Below are positions 1 to 11,200 of a DNA stretch of 64,000 nt, piece by piece. How positions within the stretch are numbered: position 1 is the first letter of the stretch; the number at the start of each line of letters is the position of its first letter. Both the position numbers and the translations under genes were made by a program. Under the pieces are notes generated by a model that saw only the letters and a program-made list of their open reading frames with translations, did no database searches and had not been told where the DNA came from. The DNA is from Felis catus. Lineage: Eukaryota. The stretch lies in NCBI RefSeq assembly GCF_018350175.1, contig NC_058368.1, positions 105,340,001 through 105,404,000 on the forward strand. Direction: 5' to 3'.

Positions 1-27
1 CAGAACAGGGTTTTGAGTTTTGTTTGC

Positions 28-170
28 TCATTTCCTTTCCTTCTTTCTCTCCCTCCCCCTTCCTTCCTTCCTTTGTTTCTCTTTTTCTTTCTTCCTTTCT
101 TTCTTTTTCTTTCTCTTTCTCTCTCTCTTCCTTCCTTCTTTCCTTCCTCCCTTCCATTTTTTTTTTTTTT
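28..170. repeat. Pyrimidine-rich simple repeat (TTCC/TTTC/CT) plus poly-T
   Basis: Directly visible; it adjoins the SINE at 171-277 and is probably its expanded tail. It explains ORF 24..227. Confidence 0.85.
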
Positions 171-277
171 AAATTAGGCTTCACACACAACATGGAGCCC
201 AACGCAGGGCATGACATCAAGACCTGAGCTGAGATCAAGAGTCAGATGCTTAACTGACTGAGCCACCCAAGTGTCCC
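171..277 (-). mobile_element. CanSINE, partial, older subfamily
   Basis: Reverse-complement SINE head ...gacctgagctgagatcaagagtcagatgcttaactgactgagccacccaagtgtccc. Confidence 0.85.
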
Positions 278-737
278 TCTTTGTTTCTTTTAAAGTAAAT
301 GCTTTTAAGAAGATGAGGCTGCCTTCTACAGATCCCCCTAGGCCTCACCATTTCCAGTTGTCACATACCTTAAGGCTGCTTAATATCTTTATCTTACCTA
401 CCTGGCCTATAAGTAAATGGGTTTAGAATTCCTACCCAAACTACAGTGTGTATACCAGGTGAATTTTGTAATTTGTGGTTGCCACCAAAAATTACAGCAT
501 CTTGGTCTTTTGATTTATAATCTAATATATACATTCAAAGTATTTTATAGCCCACTTTCAGTTTTAAGGCTTGTTCTCCTCTGCATAACAGAGACAACAC
601 AACAAAGACCTAAAGAAAGTAACTAACCCAGAGTCCACTGCGTTTTCCTCATGAGGTCAAGACAGTTTCTGAATCTTTCTGTTTTGATGTGTGTGCTGTA
701 TAGATAAAGGAAATACTGATGGTAAAAAGTCATCTTT

Positions 738-961
738 GGGGCGCCTGGGTGGCACAGTCGGTTAAGCGTCCGACTTCAGCCAGGTCACGATCTCGCGGTC
801 CGTGAGTTCGAGCCCCGCGTCAGGCTCTGGGCTGATGGCTTGGAGCCTGGAGCCTGCTTCCCATTCTGTGTCTCCCTCTCTCTCTGCCCCTCCCCCATTC
901 ATGCTCTGTCTCTCTCTGTCCCAAAAATAAATAAAAAACGTTGAAAAAAAAATTAAAAAAA
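738..961 (+). mobile_element. Young felid CanSINE (SINEC_Fc-type), full length
   Basis: GGGGCGCCTGGGTGG head, B box GAGTTCGAGCC, CT-rich body, AATAAA and A tail; 13-bp TSD AAAAAGTCATCTT at 724-736 and 962-974. Confidence 0.97.
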
Positions 962-1065
962 AAAAAGTCATCTTGTCCACACCACCAACACAATTAAGTA
1001 GGTAAATGATTATCAGAACTGAAATTTTCTAAAGGAAGGAATCCCACACATAGACAGTCTACTTG

Positions 1066-1271
1066 CTTTTTTTTCTTTAAAGTTTATTTCATTTTGAGAG
1101 AGCGACAGACAGACAGACAAAGAGAGAGAGGAAGAGAGAGAGAATCCTAAGCAGGTTCAGTGGTGTCAGTGTAGAGCCCAATGCAGGGCTCAAACTCACA
1201 AACTGTGAGATCATGACCTGAGCCGAAATCAAGAGGTGGACACTTAACCAACTGAGCCACCCAGGTGCCCC
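1066..1271 (-). mobile_element. CanSINE
   Basis: Poly-T, GA-rich body, ...gagccacccaggtgcccc; 13-bp TSD TAGACAGTCTACT at 1051-1063 and 1272-1284. Confidence 0.95.
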
Positions 1272-1647
1272 TAGACAGTCTACTCTTTAAAACAACAAAA
1301 TTCTCCCTTCAACTCACTGGCATGGATTCTATTGTACATGGAGAAAGAAAGAAAATCAGTTCAGTGACATCTGCAAAGATTACTGGTTGTAGCCCTACCT
1401 GCTTTTGTCTCCTTCTTCGACAAAAAGGTAGGCTTTAGGTCTCCTCAGCACATTTAGCATATTTAGCAATTATGCCTTAAATTTATAAATCAAAGTAAAA
1501 AATTATGCTTCTGTTTATCCTGACAACCCTGTGAGTTATGGGTTTCTCATTTACAAGTGGGAAACACAACTCTAGACTTTAGAATTACAATCTTAGAGTC
1601 CACAACAGAAGTCAGCATGCCTAATACAGTTTCCCACCTTTGCTAGC

Positions 1648-1897
1648 AGGGCCAGTGAGTTCAGAATAGTTTTCGTATCTTTCAAGGATTGAACAACAAC
1701 AAAAAATCAAAGAGTAAGATTTGTGGAACAAAAATTCTATGATGTTCAATTTTTGCTGTCCATAAATTTTACTAGAAAACAGTCATGTTCATTCATTTAG
1801 ATATTGTTTTGGTTCTTTTTCTGCTATAGTGGCAAAGTTGAGTAGTTACGATAGAGACCTATGGCCAGCAAGCCTAAATATCTGAGACTTTATAATA
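1648..1897 (+). mobile_element. MER58B-like hAT-Charlie DNA transposon fossil
   Basis: Matches recalled MER58B blocks (gtccataaa...cagtcatgttcattcatttag...ggcaaagttgagtagttacgatagagacctatggcc...agcctaaatat). Confidence 0.75.
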
Positions 1898-2055
1898 AAA
1901 ATAAGGTAAATTTAAATAAATACTCCAAGTCATATAGCTAGTAAGTTTCAGAACGAGGCTTGAGTCTGATTTTCTCACTCCAGTTGGAGTATTCTTTGTG
2001 ATCAGAGTACTAATGCTTTTACACAGATTCATTCTCAACTTGGCTTTATAAAAAA

Positions 2056-2108
2056 TGTGTATACACACACACACATACAGTGTATATATATATGTGTGTA
2101 TGTATATG

Positions 2109-2139
<31 letters not shown>

Positions 2140-2150
2140 CTGTGTCTGTA
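2056..2150. repeat. Compound (CA)/(TA)/(TG) microsatellite
   Basis: Directly visible. Confidence 0.9.
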
Positions 2151-2804
2151 TGCACCCAGGAGTCCTCAAATCTCACTAGACTATGGCTAAAAATATAGGC
2201 TCATATGTCTTTTATTGTCCTGTAGCAGAAAGCCTTTTCAGATTATTAATACATTTTTCTCCAAGTATGGATCTATTTTATTCCCACAATAGACAGGTAG
2301 CTTGCTCTGTGTGAACTTGCCTAGGACCCAGAAGCTCTGTGTAAAAGGAGCAGAGTATAAGGAGAAGCTGACCTTGAGATACTTCCTTTCTAGATTTTTC
2401 TTTCCAAAGACTAAGCCCACTGAAGAAAGAATGACTGAAAATTTGCCTCTGACAGGAAGTTGGGAGACAGGGAAGGCAGTTCTTGTCACTGCTGAAAGGA
2501 GAACAAGAGAGTTATGTGCGTCTCAGCAGCAGCAGGAGCCTGACCCTGCTCTGGGACATTGCTTTAGGGATGCAGCAGAATCTCAGAAGGACCAAGGAGG
2601 TTGGGTTCTGAAGGCCCAGGATGCTAGGCCCTGCTAAGCGCCCATACCAGTGTGCCTTGGATATGACCAAGCAGTAGACCTGAGGAGACCAAGCTGACTG
2701 GGAAGACAGGGAACTCATATCATCAGGTGACAGAGAATGATCTCAGAACCAAGAATCCTGGCATAGGGCCAGGGAAATGGAAGATTCAAACTGACTGAGG
2801 TTGG

Positions 2805-2997
2805 GGGGCACCTGGGTGGCTCAGTCGGTTAAGCATCTGACTTTGGCTCAGCTCATGATCTCGTGGTTCATGAGTTCAAGCACAGGCTCTGTGTTCACAG
2901 TTTAGAGCCTGGAGGCTGCTTCAGATTCTGTATCTGCCTCTCTCTGCCCCTTCCCCACTCTCTGTCTCAAAAATAAATAAACATTAAAAAAAATAGT
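2805..2997 (+). mobile_element. CanSINE
   Basis: ggggcacctgggtggctcagtcggttaagc head and A tail; TSD AAA(c/a)TGACTGAGGTT at 2788-2802 and 2998-3012 (1 mismatch). Confidence 0.95.
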
Positions 2998-5900
2998 AAA
3001 ATGACTGAGGTTAAACTTCCTGCCTCCCTAGTGGGTTAAGGACTTAGAGTCAACATTCCAATAATTTATAGAAAAGAAAGAAAAGGAACTAGTCCAGACA
3101 TGAGTTTGCAGACTGAGATTCACATGAGCCATACTATTAACAGTCCCCATTAAAAATTCAAATCACAAAGCCTCCATATAGCTATCCAAAAATTCCTGCT
3201 GGAGTCAACATTCCATTGAGTTCTGTTCCCCTAACAATTTATGAAGATCCCATCATTCTCAACACCTCAGTCTGTCATCCTCACCCTGAACCTCTGCTGC
3301 TTCAGAGAATGGCTGTCACCCCCTGCCATGTTATGACTGCCTGCCTCCTGCCCCCAGGCCTCCACTGGTACCGGGTTGGGCTCAGGCGGCAAAGAGAAGC
3401 ACCTTCCTCAACTCTCCAAAACACAAATATATTAGGCTGGGGTATTTAACAAAACTTCATTAAATGATTGGGAATAACCAAAACATGGTGCAAAATACCA
3501 CACAGTTATTTCAAGTTCTTGCTATGTTCTTTCCAAGTGGTGGGCATCAGCTTTGCTACCACTGTTGGCATTTTACTACAGACATTCTGTTCCTTCCTCA
3601 GGGAGAGGAGCAGGTCACCAGCTCACCCAACCCAAAGCTGTTCATTTGGAATCCCAGGATGATTAATGGTGACAATATTCTTCTTCTGGACATAACTCCA
3701 TCCACCTACAAGGTGTGGTCTGACTCCAAGGACTCCAACCGTATGTCCTAGAACCTGAGTTATTCAAGCTTAAATAACACTCTCTGTGGGATACCGACAG
3801 GCTTATAACTTTCTATACCTGAGGAGGAAATGTTCTCAATGTACACTACTTTACAGGGTAAAGTAAAGTTTTACTTTTACTTTAAAGGGGTTTTTTATAG
3901 TAAAACAAAGTCTCTTTCTCTGCCATACCATCCTCTCCCATTTCGAAGACGATACAGAGCAATACCACTGCTCTGTCAAAATCTTCTCCCCACATTTCAT
4001 TTTTGGTAAAATTTCCCATTTTTTAATAGATTAATATCCAAAGTATATTTTCCCTTCCTCAACAGACACTTACTGCATGCTTTTTATGAATTTGTCCTTG
4101 TTGTATGCTCTATCAGTCACATCAGATGTGGAGATTTAGCCCAAATTTATATACAGAAAAATACAGAGTTTATTACTGCTTCAGAGGCATTTGCTGTACC
4201 TGTTAAGTTTGTTAAACAATAAGTTCAAGAAATGGCTGGTAAAAAGAAATCAGGAGAGGGGCGGGTTTCCTATGCCACAGTTCCTTTTCTAAATACATTT
4301 GAAATTGGTGGGAGGTATTTTTTTAAACCCTCCATGGACTTTCTTGAGTGGATGAATGCTCCTTTGCAGGAATGAACGACCTTCAGAGAGGCAGGCCATG
4401 TGCAATCTCAACTAGATTACAGATTCAGAAGCTTACAGGAAAGTCTCCAGATGGAGAAGGGATGTGGTTCCCTTTGTTCACTTTACCTCCAACCTCACAA
4501 AGATGCCAAGAATTTAAATTAATCTGATTATCCTCTGGGAGGATAATCAATCCTACTATTTTACCATAGAAACTTAGACCCATTCCACGCAGTTGTTTTT
4601 TTAGATTGCTTTTTGCTAAGAACTGTAACAAACGGATATCCTAAGAAAGAAAAAAATTTTTTTTCCATCTTGTTATTCACTTTACAATTTTGGAACACAG
4701 CAGTTATCTCCTAAAATATCAGAATCAGGAGCTCAGGCTCAGAGAAGGGGGTATCTGTAATGGTGGGAGCTGTTTCAAGCATCAGAGAATATTGACAGAT
4801 CCTTGGGACCTAATCAAACATTGAAATTGAATAGACCTCTGGAGTGATGTATAACTTCAGGGAACAAATTCCCATCTGTTAACTTTTTTAGTAAGAATTG
4901 GAGAACTCAACACATACTAAGAAAAGAGAATTAGATTTAAAAAGTAAGCCTGTGTCTATATTGAAATTTCTTTTCTTTAGTAATGAAAATTGGAAAAAAA
5001 ATACTTGAATTACAAACCAAGGATGGAAAGCCCTTTCAGAGGATGAACCCCCTCCCCCAAAATCCTGTTCTCTTTTGTACTACTGTTAACCGTTAACAGG
5101 TTGTAGTATTTGTGTTATTTTTCCCCCAAGAAAATGTGTGGCAAATCTGTAAGAGTTTTAAGTCCCCACAAACTTTCTATTGCTTTAATAAAACATTCTG
5201 TAGGAGTAATAAGTCCTTAGATGAAATGAGAAATTCTAGGTTACTAAAGGACAAATTGAGATACAAGTCCCCCCAATTCCGAGCCAATGGCACTACCATA
5301 GTTAGCCATCTATATGTTTGATTAAGTTATGGGTCTTTCAGATGTGTCTTGAATATGCATAATTAAGTATGATAGCTAAAGACTGGACAGGCAACTGCCA
5401 ATCTGAACTTCTTAGCCCTTCCCCACATATAAGGAAAGAGAAAACTTTATGTTTTATATCACTCGCAGCCAACACTAGTAATAGTGAGGTTTGCCGTAAG
5501 AAGAATTTGGTGGAATTTTTCCCCAGAGTAAAGTTAATTAGAATTTTCCATAAAGTGAGACGACTTGAGAAAGAACATGTCTTATATATATTAGGTCATC
5601 ACAGATGCTTTTTCATTCTTCCTGGTGACCTCAGTTTTATTGAAATTAAAAAAGTATTATGGAAGCTTTATAAAATAAACAACTTAACTTTCCTTCCAGT
5701 TGAAGTACGAGAGTCTTCATTCTGTTTCATTTCTTCGAAAGAATTTTAGAGAATCACAATGGATAAAATTTCTTTGAAAGAATTTTGAACCCACAATGGG
5801 TTCAATAATGAAATGGCACTCATACTTCTCACTTTGAAAATAATCCACACATGATTCAGAGAACTATCATCTAAAATGCATTTGATACTGTGCAATACTT

Positions 5901-6159
5901 TCCCCCCTTCAAACAAAAGAATTTGTTAAGTTATATATATAATGTAATATGTAGAGTGACCACTAAAAAAGCTATGCAAAGAGGTATACTCAAATTCGTA
6001 CAGATGAATCAAAATGGAATTCTAAAAAATGTTCAAATAACCCAAAGGAAAGCAAGAGAAAGAAAACAGAGGAGTGCCAAAGTGTTCACCAGCAAATTCT
6101 ATCAAATATTTAAAGAAGTATCAATACCAATTTATGCAATCTCTTCCAGAATACAGGAG

Positions 6160-6192
6160 TGTATCAGAGTTCTCCAGAGAAATAGAACTCAC

Positions 6193-6223
<31 letters not shown>

Positions 6224-6812
6224 CTGTAGGTGGAGGGATATATTCTAAGGAACTCAATTATGTGACTAAAGAGGACGGCAAGTCCAAAATCTGCAGTGTA
6301 GGCTGGCAATCAGGAGACCCAGGAAGAGTTAATGTTGCAATTAAAGTTCAAAGGCAGTCTACTAGCAAAACTCCACATCCTTTAAAGATGGTCAATATTC
6401 TTTCATTAAGGCCTTTAACTGTTTGAATGAAGCCCACCACCCATTTATGGAGAATAATCTGCTTTCTCAAAGTCTATAGATTTAAATGTTAATCTCAGTT
6501 TTTTAGATGTTTATTTATTTTTGAAAGAGTGAAAGAGCAAGCAGGGAGGGGCAAAGAGAGAGGGAGACACAGAATCTGAAGCAGGCTCCAGACTCCCAAC
6601 TGTCAGCACAGAGCCCGACGCGGGGCTCAAACTCACAAACCGTGAGATCATGACCTGAGCTGAAGTCGGACACTCAACTGACTGAGCCACCCAGGCACCC
6701 TAATGTTAATCTAAGTTTTAAAACACTTCCACTGAAACTTCTCAGATAATATTTGACCAAATACCAGAGTGCTGTGGACTAGCCACATTGACATAGGAAA
6801 TTAATGATCACA
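6160..6812 (-). mobile_element. MLT2-type ERVL solo LTR
   Basis: TGT...ACA termini; ends gccacattgacataggaaattaatgatcaca (reverse complement of the MLT2 start); internal (TG)n; 5-bp TSD AGGAG at 6155-6159 and 6813-6817. Confidence 0.85.
6499..6700 (-). mobile_element. CanSINE nested in the MLT2 LTR
   Basis: TSD AATGTTAATCT at 6485-6495 and 6702-6712. Confidence 0.95.
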
Positions 6813-7667
6813 AGGAGGAACACTTTCCAATTCATTTTATAAAGTTCATACTTATATGAAAATGTCAAAACCAGACAAAGAAAACTATGACCAATAGCCT
6901 TTATAAATAATGACTCGAAAACTCTTACAAAATATTGGCAATGCAGTATTTAGCAATAATGAATAATAATTATGCCATGACCTAGTGAGATTTATTCCAA
7001 GGATTCAAAACTGATACAGTATTGAAAACTCCATCAGTGTAATCCACCATATTAATAAGCCAAAGAGAAAACTACACAACCATATTAACCAATGTAGAAA
7101 AAACATTTGGTAAAACTTAATACCCATTCACAATTAAAAACTCTCAGAGATATAGTGATAGAGGGTAACTTTTTCAACTTGATCTCTTATGAAGAATTTA
7201 TTCTCTTGATTAAGAGCATCTACAAAAAAAAACTTATAACTTTATACTTAGTCATGAGAAACTGGACATTTTTCCCCTAAGATTGGGAACAAGACAAGAC
7301 TGTCCAGTCTCACCACTATTATTCAACATAGTGCTGGAAGTTATAGCCAGTATAATAAGGCAAGGAAAGGAAATATAAGACCTATAGACTGGAAAGAAAT
7401 AAATAAAACTGTCCTTAGTGCAGATGTGTAGAAAAGTCCCATGACTAACTAATACCTGGGTTCAGCAAGGTTTCAGGATACAAAATAAAAATCGAAAAAA
7501 ATTACTTAATTTTTAAAAAATTTCTACATGTAAATCTAACAAAACATGTATAACACTTATATGCAAAAACCAAAATGCTGAGAAAACAAATCAAAGAAGA
7601 TCTAAATAAATGGAGGGACACACTGTGCTTATGGATTGGAAGATTCAACATAGTAAAGACACCAAAT

Positions 7668-7886
7668 GGGGCGCCTGGGTGGCACAGTAGGTTAAGCGTC
7701 TGACTTCAGCCAGGTCACGATCTCGCGGTCCGTGAGTTCGAGCCCCGCGTCGGGCTCTGAGCTGATGGCTCAGAGCCTGGAGCCTGTTTCCGATTCTGTG
7801 TCTCCCTCTCTCTCTGCCCCTCCCCCGTTCATGCTCTGTCTCTCTGTCCCAAAAATAAACGTTGAAAAAAAAATTAAAAAAAAAAA
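7668..7886 (+). mobile_element. Young felid CanSINE in L1 ORF2
   Basis: CpG-rich near-consensus copy; TSD AAAGACACCAA at 7655-7665 and 7887-7897. Confidence 0.97.
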
Positions 7887-7982
7887 AAAGACACCAACTC
7901 TCCCCAAAATGATATACAGGTTTAATGCAATTTTGATCAAAACTTAGCAAGATTTTTTGGATATATAGAAAAGATTGTTTTA

Positions 7983-8214
7983 GGGGCCTCTGAGTGTCTC
8001 AGTCAGTTAAGCATTGAGCTCTTGATTTTGACCCAGGTCATGATCCCATGGTTCATGAGATCGAGCCCCGTGTTGGATGCCATGCTGGAAGCATGGAGTC
8101 TGTTTGGGATTCTCCCTCTCTCTCTCTCTCTGCCCCTACACTGCTGGCATGTGCACTATCTCTCTCAAAATAAATAAATAAACATTTAAAGAAAGAAAGA
8201 AAGAAAGAAAGAAC
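7983..8214 (+). mobile_element. CanSINE with (GAAA)n tail in L1 ORF2
   Basis: TSD GAAAAGATTGTT at 7968-7979 and 8215-8226. Confidence 0.93.
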
Positions 8215-11200
8215 GAAAAGATTGTTCTAAAATATGTAAAGGGAAAGGAACTGGAACCATTTGAAAATGACTGAAGTAACAATGGGCAAGAAGTTTCCAA
8301 AATTAACAAGAGACACCATATCACAAGTGCAGTAAGATCAGAGTATGCCAACCAAGATAAATGTAAAACATACACATGTGCATGCATGCACACGTGTGCG
8401 CACACACACACACACACTTCATATCAAACTGCAAAAAAAAAAAAAAAGACAAAACATTGAGTGAAGCCAGAGTAAAAAAACAAAAACAAAAACAAACAAA
8501 CAAACAAAGAAACACCTTACCTACAGAGAAACAAGTAGAATTACACTGGGCTCCTCAATAGAAACCACACAAGCAAGAAGAGAGTAGAGTGCAATGTTTA
8601 AACTGTTTAAAGAAACAAGTTTCCAACCTAGCATTTTGTATCAGCAATATTATTCTGAAAAGTGACAAAATAGCAAAATCATAGAAATGAAGAACAGATT
8701 AGCAGTTGCCAGATGTTAAGGATGGGACAGGAAAGTCGGGATAGTTACAAAAAGGCAACATGAAAATCCTTATGGTGACGGAAATGTTCTGCACCTTTGC
8801 TGTACCAATGTCAATATCCTGGTTGTGACATTATACTAGCTTTGCAAACTGTTACCACTGGAGAGATTGCGTAGAAGATATACAAGATCTCTCTGTATTA
8901 TTTTTTATAATCGCATGTGAATCTTCAATTATCTCAGATAAAAAATTTAACAGGAAAAAACCTCAGTCTGCTCTGGATGGTTTCTTCTTTATCCTCCTCC
9001 TGGGGCAGATGCTAATGAGCCCTGAGAGGATGTAAGCAGCAGGAGGCAATAGGCTTCTACTTCTGTGTCAGGCCCATCCGGCCTGGCTTCCTGCTCACCC
9101 TATCTTATTTCCATGGGGCTTAGAGGGGCTGCAAATGTTGATCTGGCTCCCACATAGCAACCTGGCATCTATCTGCTAACTGTGGCCTCAATCTCCTGGT
9201 AATGAAATGACCTCTCATTCCTGCCATTAGACCTACAGAACCTAAGGGCTCCCCTCAGCTTACAACAGTGATCTCCTCTGGAGATTTGGGGTACTTTGAG
9301 TATCTTCATCCACAACTTCAAGTGCACCTAAAACTGAGGAAACTGTCCCCACCATGCCCCCGCTCCTACCCAGATCCGCTGTGCTGCCAGTTTTCACCGA
9401 TACCTGCCAGCTGTCACATGAAAATGGCATGGTTGGGGGAAAGTGTCACTGCCCTGACAATTTCTGTTTCCTGGTCCGAATCCTGGTTCTAAGTCTCTAT
9501 TTTCCAAACTGCACATTTATAAGTGGTTCCTTCATGTCTGTATCCACCTAGAGTTGGTCTCAAGAGAAACTGGTTCTACATGGATGCTTGTAAATTTTTC
9601 CATTTTCCATCAAAACCAGCAGTTTTGAATATAAGAAATAAGAATATGTTACCTTTGTTTTTCAGGTTCTATATATCTTCCTTTCCCCAAGGCAATAGGC
9701 ACCTTATTTCTAACTTATCTAGGCTGAAGGGGAATATGTTTGAGTCAACAAGTGAAGAGATTTAAAGAACCTAGCAAAAAGGACAAAGTACATCAATTAA
9801 TGCATTGGTGGGTGAGGATCACACCAATACAGTAGCACTGTATCGTATCAAGGGTATAACTCAGCAGCGCTCCCAAGACACCATCCCTCTGAAAGCCGGC
9901 AGGTCTTCAGCTGTGAATGCTGTATACAGTTTGTCTTTCAAGAATAATCTAACCCTGCCAGGAACCTCAAGACAGAAGAGACTCTTTGAAATACCTATGA
10001 ATGTGAATGTTTTCATGCTTCTTGAAGAGAAAGGAAGAAATACATGTTGAAAAAAAAAAAAAAAAAGAAAAGAGGAAAACCTTGAACACAAACCCTGAGG
10101 GAAATGGGCCATTTGCAAACCCTTGTCTTAATTTTATCTTGACAGTAAGACTTTCCTTTTCCTTTCGTCTGTGCTGTCCTCCAACTTCCTGACATCATTC
10201 ACTGTGCACTGAACCTCTATTTCCATGTAGACCCTTTGTGATGCCTTTGCACCACACACACAAAGGTCCTTTTCAGAAGTTCCAGCAACATATTTGTTTG
10301 GTGCTAACCAGCTGCTTGCTAAGTCACCTCACATCCCGGTGCACAGAGTACTATAGATCATTAACATTGCGAATTCCCTATAAAAATCCAAGCCAATGTC
10401 CCCTTGGTCAAAGATTTCAAACACAAGAAAATCCTTTGTCTGAACAGGAAACTGATTTGCGTACTTACTGTTAACTAGACAAACAACTTGTAAGTGAATT
10501 GTATTTGTTCTCTTGGCAGTTCTGTTTGCATAAAGAGGCTTAACTGGGAGATTAAAACAAATTCTATCTTAAAATATTGCGCTGTAAAACCATACACCTG
10601 CTCAGAGTTCAAAGGACTGTGGTCTTATACAGGTTTGTATAAGCATCAGGGGAATTTTACGTGGAAAATGGTTCATAGTAACAAACTTGGAGGTCGAAGG
10701 CAAATCCTCCCCCCAAGTCCAAGTTTTCTTTCTTGGTCTGACAAACTGGAAAGAGAAAGCCAGGCCTACCAGCTTCCTGAAGGAAAGCCATTGAGACTGA
10801 CAGGGTGAAGCGTTTTTGTAAACTTCCAAAGTACTGCTGATGAGAGAGACTGATGAACTTTAAAGAGCAGGGAAAACATGAAGTCATTTTTGGGTTCTGT
10901 GACAAAAGCAGACTTATGATTTTGCTAAATCCAGCAATAATCGTGGTCATAAACAATTGCTGCTCCCTAGCCTTTGCAGTGATTACCCTTTCTTTTCTAT
11001 CAAAGATAAGGGTAGGCTGGGAAAAATAAAAGATAGGAAACATAGGAGAGGTTTTAGAGAAAGCAACAGGCTGTTCAGGCTGTCACCAAGACTGAAACTT
11101 TCTGGGGAAACTGCTCACACACAAGGTAATATTAAAATAAGCCAGGTGTGCAGAGGGTGATACAGGGAGAAAGCCATTCACAGAGGTGTTAAACCGACTG

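Larger units (their letters stand above)
5925..8950 (+). mobile_element. Ancient LINE-1 fossil (L1MD-like), rearranged and interrupted
   Basis: Degenerate ORF2 RT motifs (KFYQIFKE, LFQ...LSNSFY, FSKVSGYKI) at about 6075-8270; ORF1-like segment at about 8270-8665; L1MD-type 3' end at 8665-8950. Confidence 0.85.

Noticed and set aside
3660..3818. Minus-strand frame after a possible acceptor, reading ...RTYGWSPWSQTTPCRW... (WSxWS / TSP1-like motif)
   Set aside because: No FNIII or TSP1 context, the frame ends in a stop about 20 codons later, and there are no partner exons; likely chance.
5890..6426. Longest ORF in the track (178 aa)
   Set aside because: A chimeric read-through of the L1 spacer, an ORF2 fragment and the antisense MLT2 LTR with its (TG)n; non-ATG start.
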